DNA from: Acidobacteriota bacterium
Lineage (GTDB): Bacteria; Acidobacteriota; UBA6911; RPQK01; JAJDTT01
NCBI GenBank assembly: GCA_965209055.1
Contig: OZ242374.1
Span: 3,712,001 to 3,776,000, forward strand
Reading direction: 5' to 3'
DNA length: 64,000 nucleotides
Made by a program: the position numbers and the translations under genes. Below, piece after piece: positions 27,966 to 38,212 of the stretch; the stretch's first letter is position 1; every line of letters starts with the position of its first letter. A model generated the notes under the pieces. The model saw nothing but the letters and a program-made list of their open reading frames with translations. It made no database searches and had not been told where the DNA came from.

Positions 27966-30767
27966 ATGAGAAGACCTTTGGGATTCCTGCTTCTGGTTGC
28001 GGTCGTGGCGGCTGCACCGGCTGCGGCGGGACCGGGAGATGCGTGGGTAACCCACACGACGTTCAAGGATTTCTCGGCGGGCCGTCTGGGCAACAGCGGG
28101 GTCAACCTCTACGCGACCCGCTCCGGGACGCTCGAGATGATCCACCGTTGGGACCTGAACAACGACGGCTACCTGGACATCCTGCTGGGGCAGGACCACG
28201 ACGTTCTGGAAAACGCCGACATACTGGTTTATTGGGGCCGAACCGGGGGGCCCGAATCCATCCTTCCGGATCTGCCGGACCACCAGCCGTTGGCCCGCCT
28301 GATGCGTCAGATCCGGCTCCGGGAAAAGGGGGTGACGCGGTTGCCCAGTCCGGGCGGCGGCCGTTCCATCGTGGTGGACCTGAATCAGGACCTCTATCCC
28401 GAACTCGTCTTCTGCAACTTCATCCACAACTACTCGGAGGACATGGCGGCCCTCATCTACTGGGGCGGACCCAACGGCTACCAGCCGGAGCACCGGACCG
28501 AACTGCCCACGATTCTGGCCGCAGGTGTGGCGGCCGGGGACTTCAACGGCGACGGATTCGTTGACCTGGCCTTCTCAAATCGGGGCATCGAAGCGGGGGA
28601 GCGTTTCGGGTTCGACCGGCATCTGGAGTCGTACGTCTACTGGAACGGTCCCCGGGGGTTCGATACGTCGCGGCGCAGCGTCGTGGCGACGGTCAGCGCC
28701 GCCGACTGCGCGGCGGGAGACCTGGACGGGGACGGTTACGCGGACCTGGTCTTCGTCAACAACAATTCCCGTCACAAGAGTGTCTACCTCTACCGTGGAA
28801 CGCCGCAGGGCATCAGTGCCGAACGTGACGAGTGGATGGGGGGCGACCCCGTCGGAGCGCACTTGGCGGACCTGGACCAGGATGGCCACCTGGATCTGGC
28901 TCTGAACCACAAGGATGATCGGGTCGTTCTTCACCGGGGGAGCAAACGGGGACCGGCCCGGGAGCCGTGGATCGAACTGCCTTCCCACGGAGCCAGGCAG
29001 ACCCGGACAGGCGACCTGAACCGGGACGAACTTCCCGAGCTGGTGTTGCCCAACGGTGGAGGCGCTTCTTCCTACGTCTACTGGAACGGCCGCCAGGGGT
29101 TCTCGGCCGAGAAGCGGAGCGAGTTGCCGACGCTGGCGGCGACGGATGCGGTGTTGGCCGACTACGACCGGGACGGGTGGGTCGACCTGGTGTTCTCCAA
29201 TGAATACGGTCACGGCACCTACGATGTGAACTCCTACGTCTATTGGAACGGTCCCGACGGATTTGACGCGGCGCACCGGAAAGAACTCCAGGGATTCGGT
29301 CCCGTGAGCGCCAGTGGCGGTGACCTGAACCGGGACGGACACATGGACCTGGTGCTCATCAACCGCTCCAGCGGCACCCACGGCCCCATCGACTCCCTCA
29401 TCTACTGGGGCAACCCCAGACACCACTACTCAATCGCCTCCGTGACCGCGATCCAGGGGACGGGAGGGCTCATGGCCAAGGCCGACCTGAATCAGGACGG
29501 CTGGGTGGACCTGGTTTTTCCCAAGGGCTGGATCTACTGGGGAGGTCCCGGCGGCTACCGCACGGATCGGAGGGCGGAACTCGAGACGGGAGGCTATTCC
29601 GTCGTCACGGCGGACCTGAATCGGGACGGTCACCTGGATCTGGTGGTGGGCGTCGGATCGGCGGACGCCCACACGCCCGATTCCACTGGGCTCATTCGGT
29701 GGGGCGGGGAAGGAGGTTTCCACCCGGACCGCAGCACCCGGTTGCCGCTTCGGGTCCGGCGTCCCATGGTGAGCTCGCTGGCCGATTTCAACCGCGACGG
29801 CTTCCTGGATCTGGTCTTCACCGACGTGGACGCCCCCAACACGGAGATCTTCTGGGGCGATGAATCGGGGAACTACGACGTGGAGCGCCGCCAGCATCTG
29901 AAGGTCCACTCGGCGTCCACCGCCGAGATTGCGGATCTCAATGCCGATGGCTGGCTGGACCTGATCCTGGGAGCGGTCTACGACCCGGAGCGGTTCGGCC
30001 GGCCCATGCGCAAGACCACGCTGCTCTGGGGAGGTTCCGACGGATTCTCGAACCGGAAGTCTCTGGTGCTGGAAGCGTTCGAATCGGAAGAGCAGGCCGT
30101 GGCGGACCTGAACCGGGACGGGTATCTGGACATCGTGATTACCAACTACCACGGGTACACGACGCGCTCGCTTCCGGTCCTCATCTACTGGGGAGGTCCG
30201 GACGGAAGCTACAGCGAGTCGCGGCGGGCCACGCTTCCCGGCGAATCCACCCTGGCGCTCTCCGTGGCCGATCTGAATCGGGACGGTTGGATGGAGCTGA
30301 TCGTGGTCAACCACGTGGAGCGGGGCGATCACGCCGTGGGCACCAACATCTTCTGGGGGGGAGAGGAGGGGTATTCCTATTCCCGCCGCGACTGGATCCA
30401 GAGTTTCGGCCCCCACTTCAGCACCAGCCACGACGTGGGCAACATCTATCACCGGCGCCTGGAGGAGGAGTACTTCTCCGCGCCGCTGGAGATCCGGGAA
30501 GGAATGCGTCCCGGGCGGCTCGAGTGGACAGCCCGGACGCCGCACGGTACCGCGGTCCGCTTTCAGATCCGGAGCGCGGTTTCGGCTGAAGCCCTGGAGC
30601 AGGCGGACTGGAAGGGGACTGGCGGGCCCGAATCCTATTTCGACAAGCCGGGTTCGGAGATCGGGGTCGGAGAAGGGGACCGGTGGCTCCAGTACCGGGT
30701 GCTGTTCACCACGCCGGACGGAGGCAGCACGCCCGTTCTGGAGGAGGTTCGCCTGCTGGCGGATTAG
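27966..30767 (+). CDS. Secreted FG-GAP/VCBS repeat protein
   Basis: Signal peptide, many (A/G)DLNxDGxxDL and YWG/YWNG repeats. Confidence 0.9.
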   Translation: MRRPLGFLLLVAVVAAAPAAAGPGDAWVTHTTFKDFSAGRLGNSGVNLYATRSGTLEMIHRWDLNNDGYLDILLGQDHDVLENADILVYWGRTGGPESILPDLPDHQPLARLMRQIRLREKGVTRLPSPGGGRSIVVDLNQDLYPELVFCNFIHNYSEDMAALIYWGGPNGYQPEHRTELPTILAAGVAAGDFNGDGFVDLAFSNRGIEAGERFGFDRHLESYVYWNGPRGFDTSRRSVVATVSAADCAAGDLDGDGYADLVFVNNNSRHKSVYLYRGTPQGISAERDEWMGGDPVGAHLADLDQDGHLDLALNHKDDRVVLHRGSKRGPAREPWIELPSHGARQTRTGDLNRDELPELVLPNGGGASSYVYWNGRQGFSAEKRSELPTLAATDAVLADYDRDGWVDLVFSNEYGHGTYDVNSYVYWNGPDGFDAAHRKELQGFGPVSASGGDLNRDGHMDLVLINRSSGTHGPIDSLIYWGNPRHHYSIASVTAIQGTGGLMAKADLNQDGWVDLVFPKGWIYWGGPGGYRTDRRAELETGGYSVVTADLNRDGHLDLVVGVGSADAHTPDSTGLIRWGGEGGFHPDRSTRLPLRVRRPMVSSLADFNRDGFLDLVFTDVDAPNTEIFWGDESGNYDVERRQHLKVHSASTAEIADLNADGWLDLILGAVYDPERFGRPMRKTTLLWGGSDGFSNRKSLVLEAFESEEQAVADLNRDGYLDIVITNYHGYTTRSLPVLIYWGGPDGSYSESRRATLPGESTLALSVADLNRDGWMELIVVNHVERGDHAVGTNIFWGGEEGYSYSRRDWIQSFGPHFSTSHDVGNIYHRRLEEEYFSAPLEIREGMRPGRLEWTARTPHGTAVRFQIRSAVSAEALEQADWKGTGGPESYFDKPGSEIGVGEGDRWLQYRVLFTTPDGGSTPVLEEVRLLAD

Positions 30768-30821
30768 CGGACTGATGGGAAGACGCGATCCGGCGGCCTC
30801 GCCTCGTGTTTGGAGGCTCGC

Positions 30822-31202
30822 CTATTTGGCGCCCGACCCCTCCCGCTTGGCCGGCTTCATCGCGGACACTTTGATGTCGTCCTCGGAGAACTCCCCCGTC
30901 ACCTCGGCCCGGAAGTTCTCCCTGACCTTGGCGGCTTCCAGCAGTTTCAGGGCCTGCTCGTCTCCCGCCGGGTCGAACTTGAGGAACCGCCCTTCCAGGA
31001 TCAGGCCGAAGCCGCTGGCCTTGCAACTCTCCATCAAGGCGCAGGCCACCGTGTGTTTGGCTGTCTTCTCGGCGTTGGCCGCAACCCGGGCGCCGCAGGC
31101 CGCGTCCATGACCACTCCGGTCTTGGTCTCCGGACCGGCGAGGACCAGCATCGAGCCGGCCGCGATGAGGCAGGAAAAACGGATCAGGTGCGCTCGCTTC
31201 AT
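30822..31202 (-). CDS. Small secreted Cys/His-motif hypothetical protein
   Basis: Signal-peptide-like N-terminus; MDAAC...HTVACALMESC..SGFG; host-like codon usage. Confidence 0.65.
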   Translation of the reverse strand: MKRAHLIRFSCLIAAGSMLVLAGPETKTGVVMDAACGARVAANAEKTAKHTVACALMESCKASGFGLILEGRFLKFDPAGDEQALKLLEAAKVRENFRAEVTGEFSEDDIKVSAMKPAKREGSGAK

Positions 31203-31346
31203 ATTGGATCCCTCATGACATCGTTGGGTGTTGCTGCCTGTCCGGATATTGAAACATAGCCGCCACGGCTCTGCACGATGGTTGCCCGCCCGGGCCCGTC
31301 GCTTCATGATAGGGGCCGATTTCGGGGATGAGCCAATGAGGAAACC

Positions 31347-32882
31347 ATGTTGAGAATGCGAATTCACACTATCTTGATCGGGGGATGGATCGTTCTTTCC
31401 TTGTTCTCAGGGAACGGAGCCGCCCAGAGTCCGGGAAGCCTGGTGCTCACACCGGGAGTCCGCCACCTCTTCCTGGACGACTACCTCCTGGGGAATCTCT
31501 ACCGGGTTCGGCGCGTCATTCACCAGCCGTACCGGTACGAGGGAAGTCCCGTGGTCCGGGCGGACCAGCCCTGGGAGATCCGGCCGGGCCGATACGCCGC
31601 TCCCGGGACGACTCCGGTGGAGAGCCGGGCAATCCAGGTCACCAGCGTCCCGTCCTGGGACCCTGGCGAGAAGGTCTGGAAAATGTGGTACCACGGAGGT
31701 CCGGGAAAAACCGCGTTCGCACGCTCTCGGGAGGGCATCGTCTGGGAAAAGCCGGCGTTGGGTGTTAAGGAGTTCCGGGGCTCCCGGGAGAACAATCTGG
31801 TGGCGGTTCGGGGAGAGCCGGACGCCCTCGTCCAGCATGTCATCCTGGATCCGCAAGGGACCGGCGATCGCAGATACAAGGGGCTGCTGGGACCGAGGGA
31901 CCGCCGGCCCGTCGTCTCCGCCGACGGCTACGTGTTCACCAAGCTGGACGTGCCTCCCATTCCGAGCCAGGACACGTCCCAACTGACCTACGACGAACTG
32001 GGCAAACAATACATTCTGACCGTCAAGCATCGGGGTCCTTTCGGCCGGTCGATCTACCTCGCGCTGAGCCGGGATTTCGAGCAATGGACCGATCCCCAGC
32101 TCATTTTCCATGCCGATACCCTGGATCAGAAGCTGGGCGTAGAACGCATCCGGGAACACTTGGTCGACCCCCGGCTCTACACCCCCGAGTTCCATCAGCC
32201 GGAGAATTACAACGTCGAGATCTACAAGATGCCCATCTTCCCCTACGAGGGCGTCTACATCGGCCTGCCCAACTATTTCGAGTCCAGCGGGCTCACTCCT
32301 CCCCACCACAATAACCAGGACGGCGTCAATTCGGCCAAGCTGGCCACCAGCCGCGACCTGCTCAACTGGGTACCGGTGGGCACCCGCGAGTCTTTTCTGC
32401 CGGTCTCCAGGCTGGGTGAGGGACGGATCGACACGGCCCAGGTCCTGCCGGTGTCTCGGCCCATCATCAAGGGGGACGAGATCTGGTTCTATTACAGCGG
32501 GGTGGACGTCCGGTACCCGGCCAACGGCGCCTTTCAGGCCGCCATCCACCTGGCCCGTCTCCGCCGCGACGGTTTCGTCTCGTTCTGGGCCGACGAAAAG
32601 GGAGGGTTCGTCGAGACCCGAGCCCTGCGTTTCGGCGGGACCCGGCTCTGGCTCAATGCGGACGCCTCCGGGGGCGAAATCCGGGTGGAAGTCAGAAATC
32701 CCAAGGGCCGCAAGGCTCTGGACGGTTGGAGCCGCGATGCTTCGAAGCCGCTGACCACAGACCAGTTGAAGGTGCGGATGGAGTGGGAGGGGAAAGGCAG
32801 TCTGGAGTCCCTCAGCGGGCAGAGGATCCGCTTCCGAATCCATCTCAAGAACGCCCACCTCTATTCCTTTTGGTTTGAGTAA
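31347..32882 (+). CDS. Secreted beta-propeller glycoside-hydrolase-like protein
   Basis: HLFLDD, WKMWY, repeated SxDxxxW boxes, IWFYYSG, LRRDGFVS, C-terminal beta-sandwich. Confidence 0.7.
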   Translation: MLRMRIHTILIGGWIVLSLFSGNGAAQSPGSLVLTPGVRHLFLDDYLLGNLYRVRRVIHQPYRYEGSPVVRADQPWEIRPGRYAAPGTTPVESRAIQVTSVPSWDPGEKVWKMWYHGGPGKTAFARSREGIVWEKPALGVKEFRGSRENNLVAVRGEPDALVQHVILDPQGTGDRRYKGLLGPRDRRPVVSADGYVFTKLDVPPIPSQDTSQLTYDELGKQYILTVKHRGPFGRSIYLALSRDFEQWTDPQLIFHADTLDQKLGVERIREHLVDPRLYTPEFHQPENYNVEIYKMPIFPYEGVYIGLPNYFESSGLTPPHHNNQDGVNSAKLATSRDLLNWVPVGTRESFLPVSRLGEGRIDTAQVLPVSRPIIKGDEIWFYYSGVDVRYPANGAFQAAIHLARLRRDGFVSFWADEKGGFVETRALRFGGTRLWLNADASGGEIRVEVRNPKGRKALDGWSRDASKPLTTDQLKVRMEWEGKGSLESLSGQRIRFRIHLKNAHLYSFWFE

Positions 32883-32897
32883 GGAAGGTTCCGGGAG

Positions 32898-34166
32898 ATG
32901 ACTCCTGAGGATCGCGCCGTCGACGCGGTGGACGCCCTGGGTGAGGAGTACCTGCGGTTTCTGGCGGACTTGGTCCGATGCCCCACGCTGCTGGGGCAGG
33001 AGGCGGAATGCCAGGAATTGATCTGCCGGCGGCTCGTCGACCTGGGTCTGGAGACCCGGAAATGGGAACCGGACCCCGATTTGTTGGAGTCGCACCCCGA
33101 TTTCGTACCCGTGGAGCGTGATTATGCTGGCCGGCCCAATGTGGCCGGCGTTCTTGTTCCCACGGGAAGCGGCGGGCGGAGCCTGGTCCTGAACGGGCAC
33201 GTGGACGTGGTGCCGCTCGGACCCCTCCACTGGTGGAGCGTCGATCCCTGGGGAGCGGAGGTTCGGGACGGCCGGATGTACGGCCGCGGCGCCCTGGACA
33301 TGAAGAGCGGGCTGGTGGCGGCCCTGCTGGCGGTGGCGGCGGTCCGGGAGTCGGGCGCCCGGCTGCGGGGACCGGTCCGGGTCGAGAGCGTCATTGAGGA
33401 GGAGTGCACGGGCAACGGAATGCTGGCGAGCCGACTGGATTCGGGGCCGGTCGACGGCGCCGTCCTGACCGAGCCCACGGGGCTTCAGGTCTGGATCGCG
33501 ACACTGGGCGTGCTCTGGTTCGAGGTCTGTGTACGGGGTCGGCCGGCTTACGTGGGCGATCCGGGACGCCAGGTGAATGCGGTCGAGAAGGCGGCGTCCC
33601 TGATCCACCGGCTCAAGCCGGCAGTCGTCGAAGCATTGAATCGGGACTTCCGGCATCCGTCCTATGGTCACCGTCCCCGGCCCCTAAGCCTCAACGTCGG
33701 ACGGATCGAGGGCGGGGACTGGCCTTCCAACGTGGCTCTCGAATGCCGGTTCAACTGCCGCATGTCGTTTCCCATCCACTGGCCGCCGGAGCGGGCCCAG
33801 GAATTCGCCGAGGATCAGGTCCGCCGTGCGGCAGCGACCGATCCCTGGCTGGTTCGGAACCCGCCCCGGATCCGCTATAACGGGTTTCGAGCCCGAGGCT
33901 GGGTCGCGCCTGAAATAGCCGGGCGTGACAGTCTGGTCGACTTGTTGGAGGAGTGTCACCGGGGCGTCACCGGCAGGGAACTGGATTGGGATGGCTTTCC
34001 CGGCACTGCCGACGCCCGTTACTTCAAGGCCGCGTTGGGGGAGCAGTCCATCTACTATGGACCGAAGGGAGGAAACCTCCATGCGCCCGACGAGTACGTA
34101 GAACTGGAGTCGGTCCTGGAGGCCGCCCGCGTGCTATCGCGGCTGGTGATCAGGTGGTGTGGTTGA
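32898..34166 (+). CDS. ArgE/DapE-family M20 deacylase
   Basis: LNGHVDVVP, GRGALDMKSG, EEECTGNG, TEPT, H.PDEYV. Confidence 0.92.
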   Translation: MTPEDRAVDAVDALGEEYLRFLADLVRCPTLLGQEAECQELICRRLVDLGLETRKWEPDPDLLESHPDFVPVERDYAGRPNVAGVLVPTGSGGRSLVLNGHVDVVPLGPLHWWSVDPWGAEVRDGRMYGRGALDMKSGLVAALLAVAAVRESGARLRGPVRVESVIEEECTGNGMLASRLDSGPVDGAVLTEPTGLQVWIATLGVLWFEVCVRGRPAYVGDPGRQVNAVEKAASLIHRLKPAVVEALNRDFRHPSYGHRPRPLSLNVGRIEGGDWPSNVALECRFNCRMSFPIHWPPERAQEFAEDQVRRAAATDPWLVRNPPRIRYNGFRARGWVAPEIAGRDSLVDLLEECHRGVTGRELDWDGFPGTADARYFKAALGEQSIYYGPKGGNLHAPDEYVELESVLEAARVLSRLVIRWCG

Positions 34167-34167
34167 A

Positions 34168-34920
34168 ATGGAAGCCAATAACGAAAGCGTGGTGTTGATC
34201 ACCGGGGCCAGCCGCGGGATCGGGGTCGGATTGGCGGAAGGGTTCGCGGTCCCGGGAGCCCGCTTGGCGCTGACGGCCCGCCGGCGGACGTCGCTTCAGG
34301 AGACCTGCCACAGGGTCGAGGCTCTCGGAGCTCACGCTCTACCCCTGGCGTTGGACATGCGGCGGCTGGAGGGCATGCCGGCTGTGGTCGACCAGGTGGA
34401 GGAAGAGCTGGGTCCGATCCGGGTGCTGGTCAACAATGCCGGAGTCAACATCCCCCGTCCGGCCGAGCAGGTCACCGAGGAGCAGTGGGACGAAATTCTG
34501 GACGCCAACCTCAAGGGGGCCTTCTTTCTCTCGCAGGAGGTGGGACGCCGGATGATCCCCCGGAGACGGGGAACCATCGTCAACGTGGCTTCGGCGGCCG
34601 GGCTGGTGGCCCGCGAGGAAAGAGCGGCATACGGCTCCAGCAAGGCGGGGATGATCATGTTGACCCGGGTGCTGGCTCTGGAATGGGCCCGGCACGGCAT
34701 CACCGTCAACGCCGTCGCACCCACCTTCGTGGAAACCGACCTGGCGGCGCAGACTCTGGATCGTCCCGGCATGCGCGAGAAGATCCTGGGACAGATTCCG
34801 CTACGGCGGCTGGCGACGGTGGAAGATGTCGCCGCTTCGGTGCTCTTCCTGGCGTCACCACAGGCGAGCTTCCTGACGGGGGTGGTCATCCCCGTGGATG
34901 GTGGCGCGACGTTACGTTGA
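34168..34920 (+). CDS. SDR-family oxidoreductase
   Basis: TGASRGIG, NNAG, YGSSK, VNAVAPTF, VDGG. Confidence 0.92.
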   Translation: MEANNESVVLITGASRGIGVGLAEGFAVPGARLALTARRRTSLQETCHRVEALGAHALPLALDMRRLEGMPAVVDQVEEELGPIRVLVNNAGVNIPRPAEQVTEEQWDEILDANLKGAFFLSQEVGRRMIPRRRGTIVNVASAAGLVAREERAAYGSSKAGMIMLTRVLALEWARHGITVNAVAPTFVETDLAAQTLDRPGMREKILGQIPLRRLATVEDVAASVLFLASPQASFLTGVVIPVDGGATLR

Positions 34921-36023
34921 AGAGGGGTCGTAGGAGCGGGGGTTTTTAACCCCCGATTCCGGAGTGGCGCTGAAGAGGGGGACAGGAATGTCCCCCCTCC
35001 GGAGAGGCCCGAGATGATGGTGTCCACGTGCATGGTGAATTCCAGGGCGTTGTGGATCAGGCGGCCTCGAGTGGAAGGGCCGTCGGTGGGGGGCCAGTAG
35101 CCGTCCCGGTGCTGCTGTCGGACGAACCAGTCGCCCATGCGGTAGGTCCAGGCCTCATAACGGGGATCTCCGGTGACGAGGTAGAGCAAGGAACTGCCCC
35201 AGCCGCTCTTGCAGACCGGGTCGTAGTTGAACTGCCCGTCAGTGGCGGCCATGGAGAAGTCCTGGTAGAGGCGGGCCAATGCCAGGTATTCCGGATCGGG
35301 GTCGGCCAGATAGAGGCGGCACAGGAACCCGGCGGCGATCCCACCCACGGTCCAGCGCTGGAGCCGGGCGACGCGATTCTCCACCACGAACCAGAAGGCT
35401 TGCTCGGGGTGAAACTCGCGGTTGGGCGTTTGGCGGGCGCGGGACCAGTCGTAGTAGAAGCGGTCGGGAAGCTCGTCCTGGGCGTCGTAGATCCGGCGCA
35501 GGAAACTCGCCACCGACCGCGCCGCCGCCAGATTTCCCGTTGCCAGGCAGGCGAAGCCGCCTCCGGCAGTGTAGGGGATACTCTGATCGTCGCTCTTGGA
35601 GCCGTCCTCGCGGCGGTCGTTGGCGAAAGCGCCTGAAGCCGGGTCCTGCCAACGCAGGAGCGCCGGCATGAGACCATGGGAAAGGTCGTATTGACCCGCC
35701 ATCTGTGCGCCGACGATCAGAGCCGAGTCCCGGTAGGCCCACGCGTCGTTGATCTTTCGGCAGGGTCCGCCGATGCGGCCGTCCGGTTGGAGCATGTGCT
35801 TTCGGATCCAACCGCACAGGCGGCTCGCCGCCTCCGTCTCCCCCACCAGGCTGAAGGTCCAGGGGCCGCGGTAGAAGAAGTACCCTTCGCTCGCGTCGCC
35901 GATGGACCCGTCGGGATTCGTCTGATCCAGCAGCCACTCGGTCGCTCGCGCACGGACCTGCCGATAGAGCGCCAGGCGTTCTCCCCTTTCCGCCGCCGTC
36001 AACTCGCTTCCGGTGGACTGCAT
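34332..36023 (-). CDS. Hypothetical helical-barrel protein (prenyltransferase/squalene-oxidase-like repeats). Genuine coding part ~35003-36023; no stop until 34332.
   Basis: WLLDQTNPDGS, LLRWQDP.SG, WFVRQQHRDGYW repeats; the frame reads through the REP doublet. Confidence 0.65.
   Translation of the reverse strand: MQSTGSELTAAERGERLALYRQVRARATEWLLDQTNPDGSIGDASEGYFFYRGPWTFSLVGETEAASRLCGWIRKHMLQPDGRIGGPCRKINDAWAYRDSALIVGAQMAGQYDLSHGLMPALLRWQDPASGAFANDRREDGSKSDDQSIPYTAGGGFACLATGNLAAARSVASFLRRIYDAQDELPDRFYYDWSRARQTPNREFHPEQAFWFVVENRVARLQRWTVGGIAAGFLCRLYLADPDPEYLALARLYQDFSMAATDGQFNYDPVCKSGWGSSLLYLVTGDPRYEAWTYRMGDWFVRQQHRDGYWPPTDGPSTRGRLIHNALEFTMHVDTIISGLSGGGTFLSPSSAPLRNRGLKTPAPTTPLQRNVAPPSTGMTTPVRKLACGDARKSTEAATSSTVASRRSGICPRIFSRMPGRSRVCAARSVSTKVGATALTVMPCRAHSRASTRVNMIIPALLEPYAALSSRATSPAAEATLTMVPRLRGIIRRPTSCERKKAPLRLASRISSHCSSVTCSAGRGMLTPALLTSTRIGPSSSSTWSTTAGMPSSRRMSNARGRA
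34930..35002. repeat. REP doublet (REPIN-like)
   Basis: GTAGGAG-CGGGGGTT TTT AACCCCCG on + and GGAG-GGGGGACA TTCC TGTCCCCC on -. Confidence 0.8.
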
Positions 36024-36163
36024 TCGGTTGGCGATTCTACCAGCCGGTCCGGTCGACTGCCGGGTCCGCTCGAGCCGCGGGCAGCCGCAACAGGGAAGCA
36101 GAGCAACTCGGCGTCATGGCCGGGGAGTAGTCTTTACCGGGAACGGGGAGTCCGCCGAGACTC

Positions 36164-37813
36164 ATGAACGAAATGACGAAAAGGCTTCTGATCGTAGCGC
36201 CGGTCGCGTTGGTCATCCTCCTGTTCCTGTCGTTGTTGCCCGTGGACCAGAACTACCTGTCTTCCCGGCAGTTGGACGCAACCTGGCTGGCGTTGCTGCC
36301 GCCGCTGGTGGCCATCGTCTCGGTTCTCATCACCCGCTGGCTGGTTCCGTCCCTCATCTTCGGAATCGCCAGCGCCGCCGTGATTCATGCCTGGCCCTCG
36401 CCCGGCGCCATGGCGGAGTCGCTCTTCGTGAATTACTTCTGGGATTCGGTTCTCGATTCGTTCCACCTCTCCATCCTCGGCTTCACGGCGTCGCTGCTGG
36501 CCCTGGTCAGTGTCACCACCGCCAGCGGCGGGATCCAGGGAATGATCAACCTCATCCTGCGGCTGGCCCGGGGACGCCGCGGAGTATCGGTGGCGACGGT
36601 GGGCATGGGCTTCACTATCTTTTTCGACGACTATGCCAATACGGCGATCGTGGGGCCCACGGTCCGGCCCTTGTTCGATCGGCTGAAGCTGTCCCGCGCC
36701 AAGCTGGCATACCTCATCGACTCGACCGCGGCTCCCATCGCCGGTCTCGCGTTGGTCTCGACCTGGATCGGGACCGAGGTCTCCTACCTCCAGGGCGCGG
36801 CCCGGGACCTGGGATTGGACGCCAGTGGATACGGCCTCTTCCTCTCGGCGATGGGGTACCGGTTCTATTGCATCTTCGCCTTGTTCCTGGTGATCGTGGT
36901 GGCGGCCACGGGCCGCGACTTCGGGCCCATGCTGAAGGTGGAGAGAAAGGCGCGCCGGGTGCCCGAGCCCTCCGGCCTTCAGTCCTCGGCGGAGTCACCG
37001 GAGATCGAGCCGCGCTGGTACAACGCCGTGGTGCCCATCGGCACGGTGCTGTTTCTCATCATGATCCAGATCTACTACTGGGGAAGCCAGGGTCCGGGGA
37101 CCGACTTGACCTCCTTGTCGGGATGGAAGGATGTGTTCATCCGGGCCGCCGCGGCCCAGGACGGCGAAGCCCTCACGTTCGCCATGCTCTACGCGGGCGT
37201 CACCGGAGCCGCTCTGGCGATCCTGTTGCCGGCCCTGCAGGGCGTGATGACGGTGCGGGAGGGGCTTCTGGCGTGGGTCGGGGGTGTCCGGCATATTTCG
37301 GGGGCCCTGGTGGTGATCGTCTGCGCCTGGGCTCTTTCGGCCGGATGCCGCGACTTGGAGACGGCCCACTACGCCGTCGCCGTGTTGCGCCAGGGCGTGA
37401 GCGTCGAGTGGGTTCCGCTTGCGGTGTTCGTCACCGCCGGACTGGTCGCCTTCTCCACCGGGACCAGCTACGGGACCATGGCTATTATTATTCCCACCGC
37501 CGCCCAGTTGGGGTATGAATCGGGCGGTGAGGCGGTGATGATCCTGGCCATGGCCGCCGTCCTGGACGGCGCCATCTTCGGCGACCACTGCAGCCCCATC
37601 TCCGACACCACCGTCCTCTCTTCCATCTGCAGCGGGTGCGAACACCTGGAGCATGTGCGCACCCAGATCCCATACGCTCTTCTCGGGGCGGTGGTGGCCG
37701 CCCTGGCCGGCTATGCCCTGGTGGGCGCCTGGGGAGCCGATCTCTGGGTCGGAATGGCCGCGGGCATGACTGGGATCCTCGTCCTGATTCACGTCGCGGG
37801 CCGGCGGGCCTGA
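36164..37813 (+). CDS. Na+/H+ antiporter NhaC-family transporter
   Basis: IFFDDYAN, KLAYLIDSTAAP, FSTGTSYGTM, GAIFGDHCSPISDTT. Confidence 0.92.
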   Translation: MNEMTKRLLIVAPVALVILLFLSLLPVDQNYLSSRQLDATWLALLPPLVAIVSVLITRWLVPSLIFGIASAAVIHAWPSPGAMAESLFVNYFWDSVLDSFHLSILGFTASLLALVSVTTASGGIQGMINLILRLARGRRGVSVATVGMGFTIFFDDYANTAIVGPTVRPLFDRLKLSRAKLAYLIDSTAAPIAGLALVSTWIGTEVSYLQGAARDLGLDASGYGLFLSAMGYRFYCIFALFLVIVVAATGRDFGPMLKVERKARRVPEPSGLQSSAESPEIEPRWYNAVVPIGTVLFLIMIQIYYWGSQGPGTDLTSLSGWKDVFIRAAAAQDGEALTFAMLYAGVTGAALAILLPALQGVMTVREGLLAWVGGVRHISGALVVIVCAWALSAGCRDLETAHYAVAVLRQGVSVEWVPLAVFVTAGLVAFSTGTSYGTMAIIIPTAAQLGYESGGEAVMILAMAAVLDGAIFGDHCSPISDTTVLSSICSGCEHLEHVRTQIPYALLGAVVAALAGYALVGAWGADLWVGMAAGMTGILVLIHVAGRRA

Positions 37814-37891
37814 GTTAATTTGAAGTTTTCGTAGCAGAGTCTGCACAACCTACGATCCGGAAGGAGAGGACTATCATCCCTTTCGTGAATG

Positions 37892-37958
37892 TGGAGTAGT
37901 CTCTGGAAAGGGACAGTCTGGAGTACTCTCTGGAGTAGTCTCTGGAAAGGGACAGTCT
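37892..37958 (+). repeat. GGGACAG-core site E (28-bp duplicate)
   Basis: TGGAGTAGTCTCTGGAAAGGGACAGTCT at 37892 and 37931, with a partial GGAGTACTCTC between them. Confidence 0.85.
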
Positions 37959-38212
37959 CGATTCCCGGCGGGAAGCGAATCTACGGCATTCTCGAGTTCC
38001 GTTTCTTTACGATTGTGGGGGATCAGAGAAAGCTTGTCAGGCACGGCCGCCGGGATTGGACCACCTCGACACTATCCTCGTTCAACCCAGCTTACCCAGG
38101 TCTCCCGAACCGTCAGAAAATAAGGGAGAGTCCAGGGTCTATTCGGTGGATCCTGTGATCCGGATGGTTCGGTGCCGCAGTGGCCCAATCGGCGGCCGGC
38201 GATCAGACAAGT

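Noticed and set aside
31407-33671. Long antisense or alternate-frame ORFs (this one and many others, e.g. 4333-6066, 4914-6692, 15853-17376)
   Set aside because: Shadow ORFs of GC-rich genes, overlapping motif-supported CDSs.
37889-38158. 89-aa ORF with WSSLWKGTV repeated
   Set aside because: The repeat is just the translation of site E; no other coding evidence.
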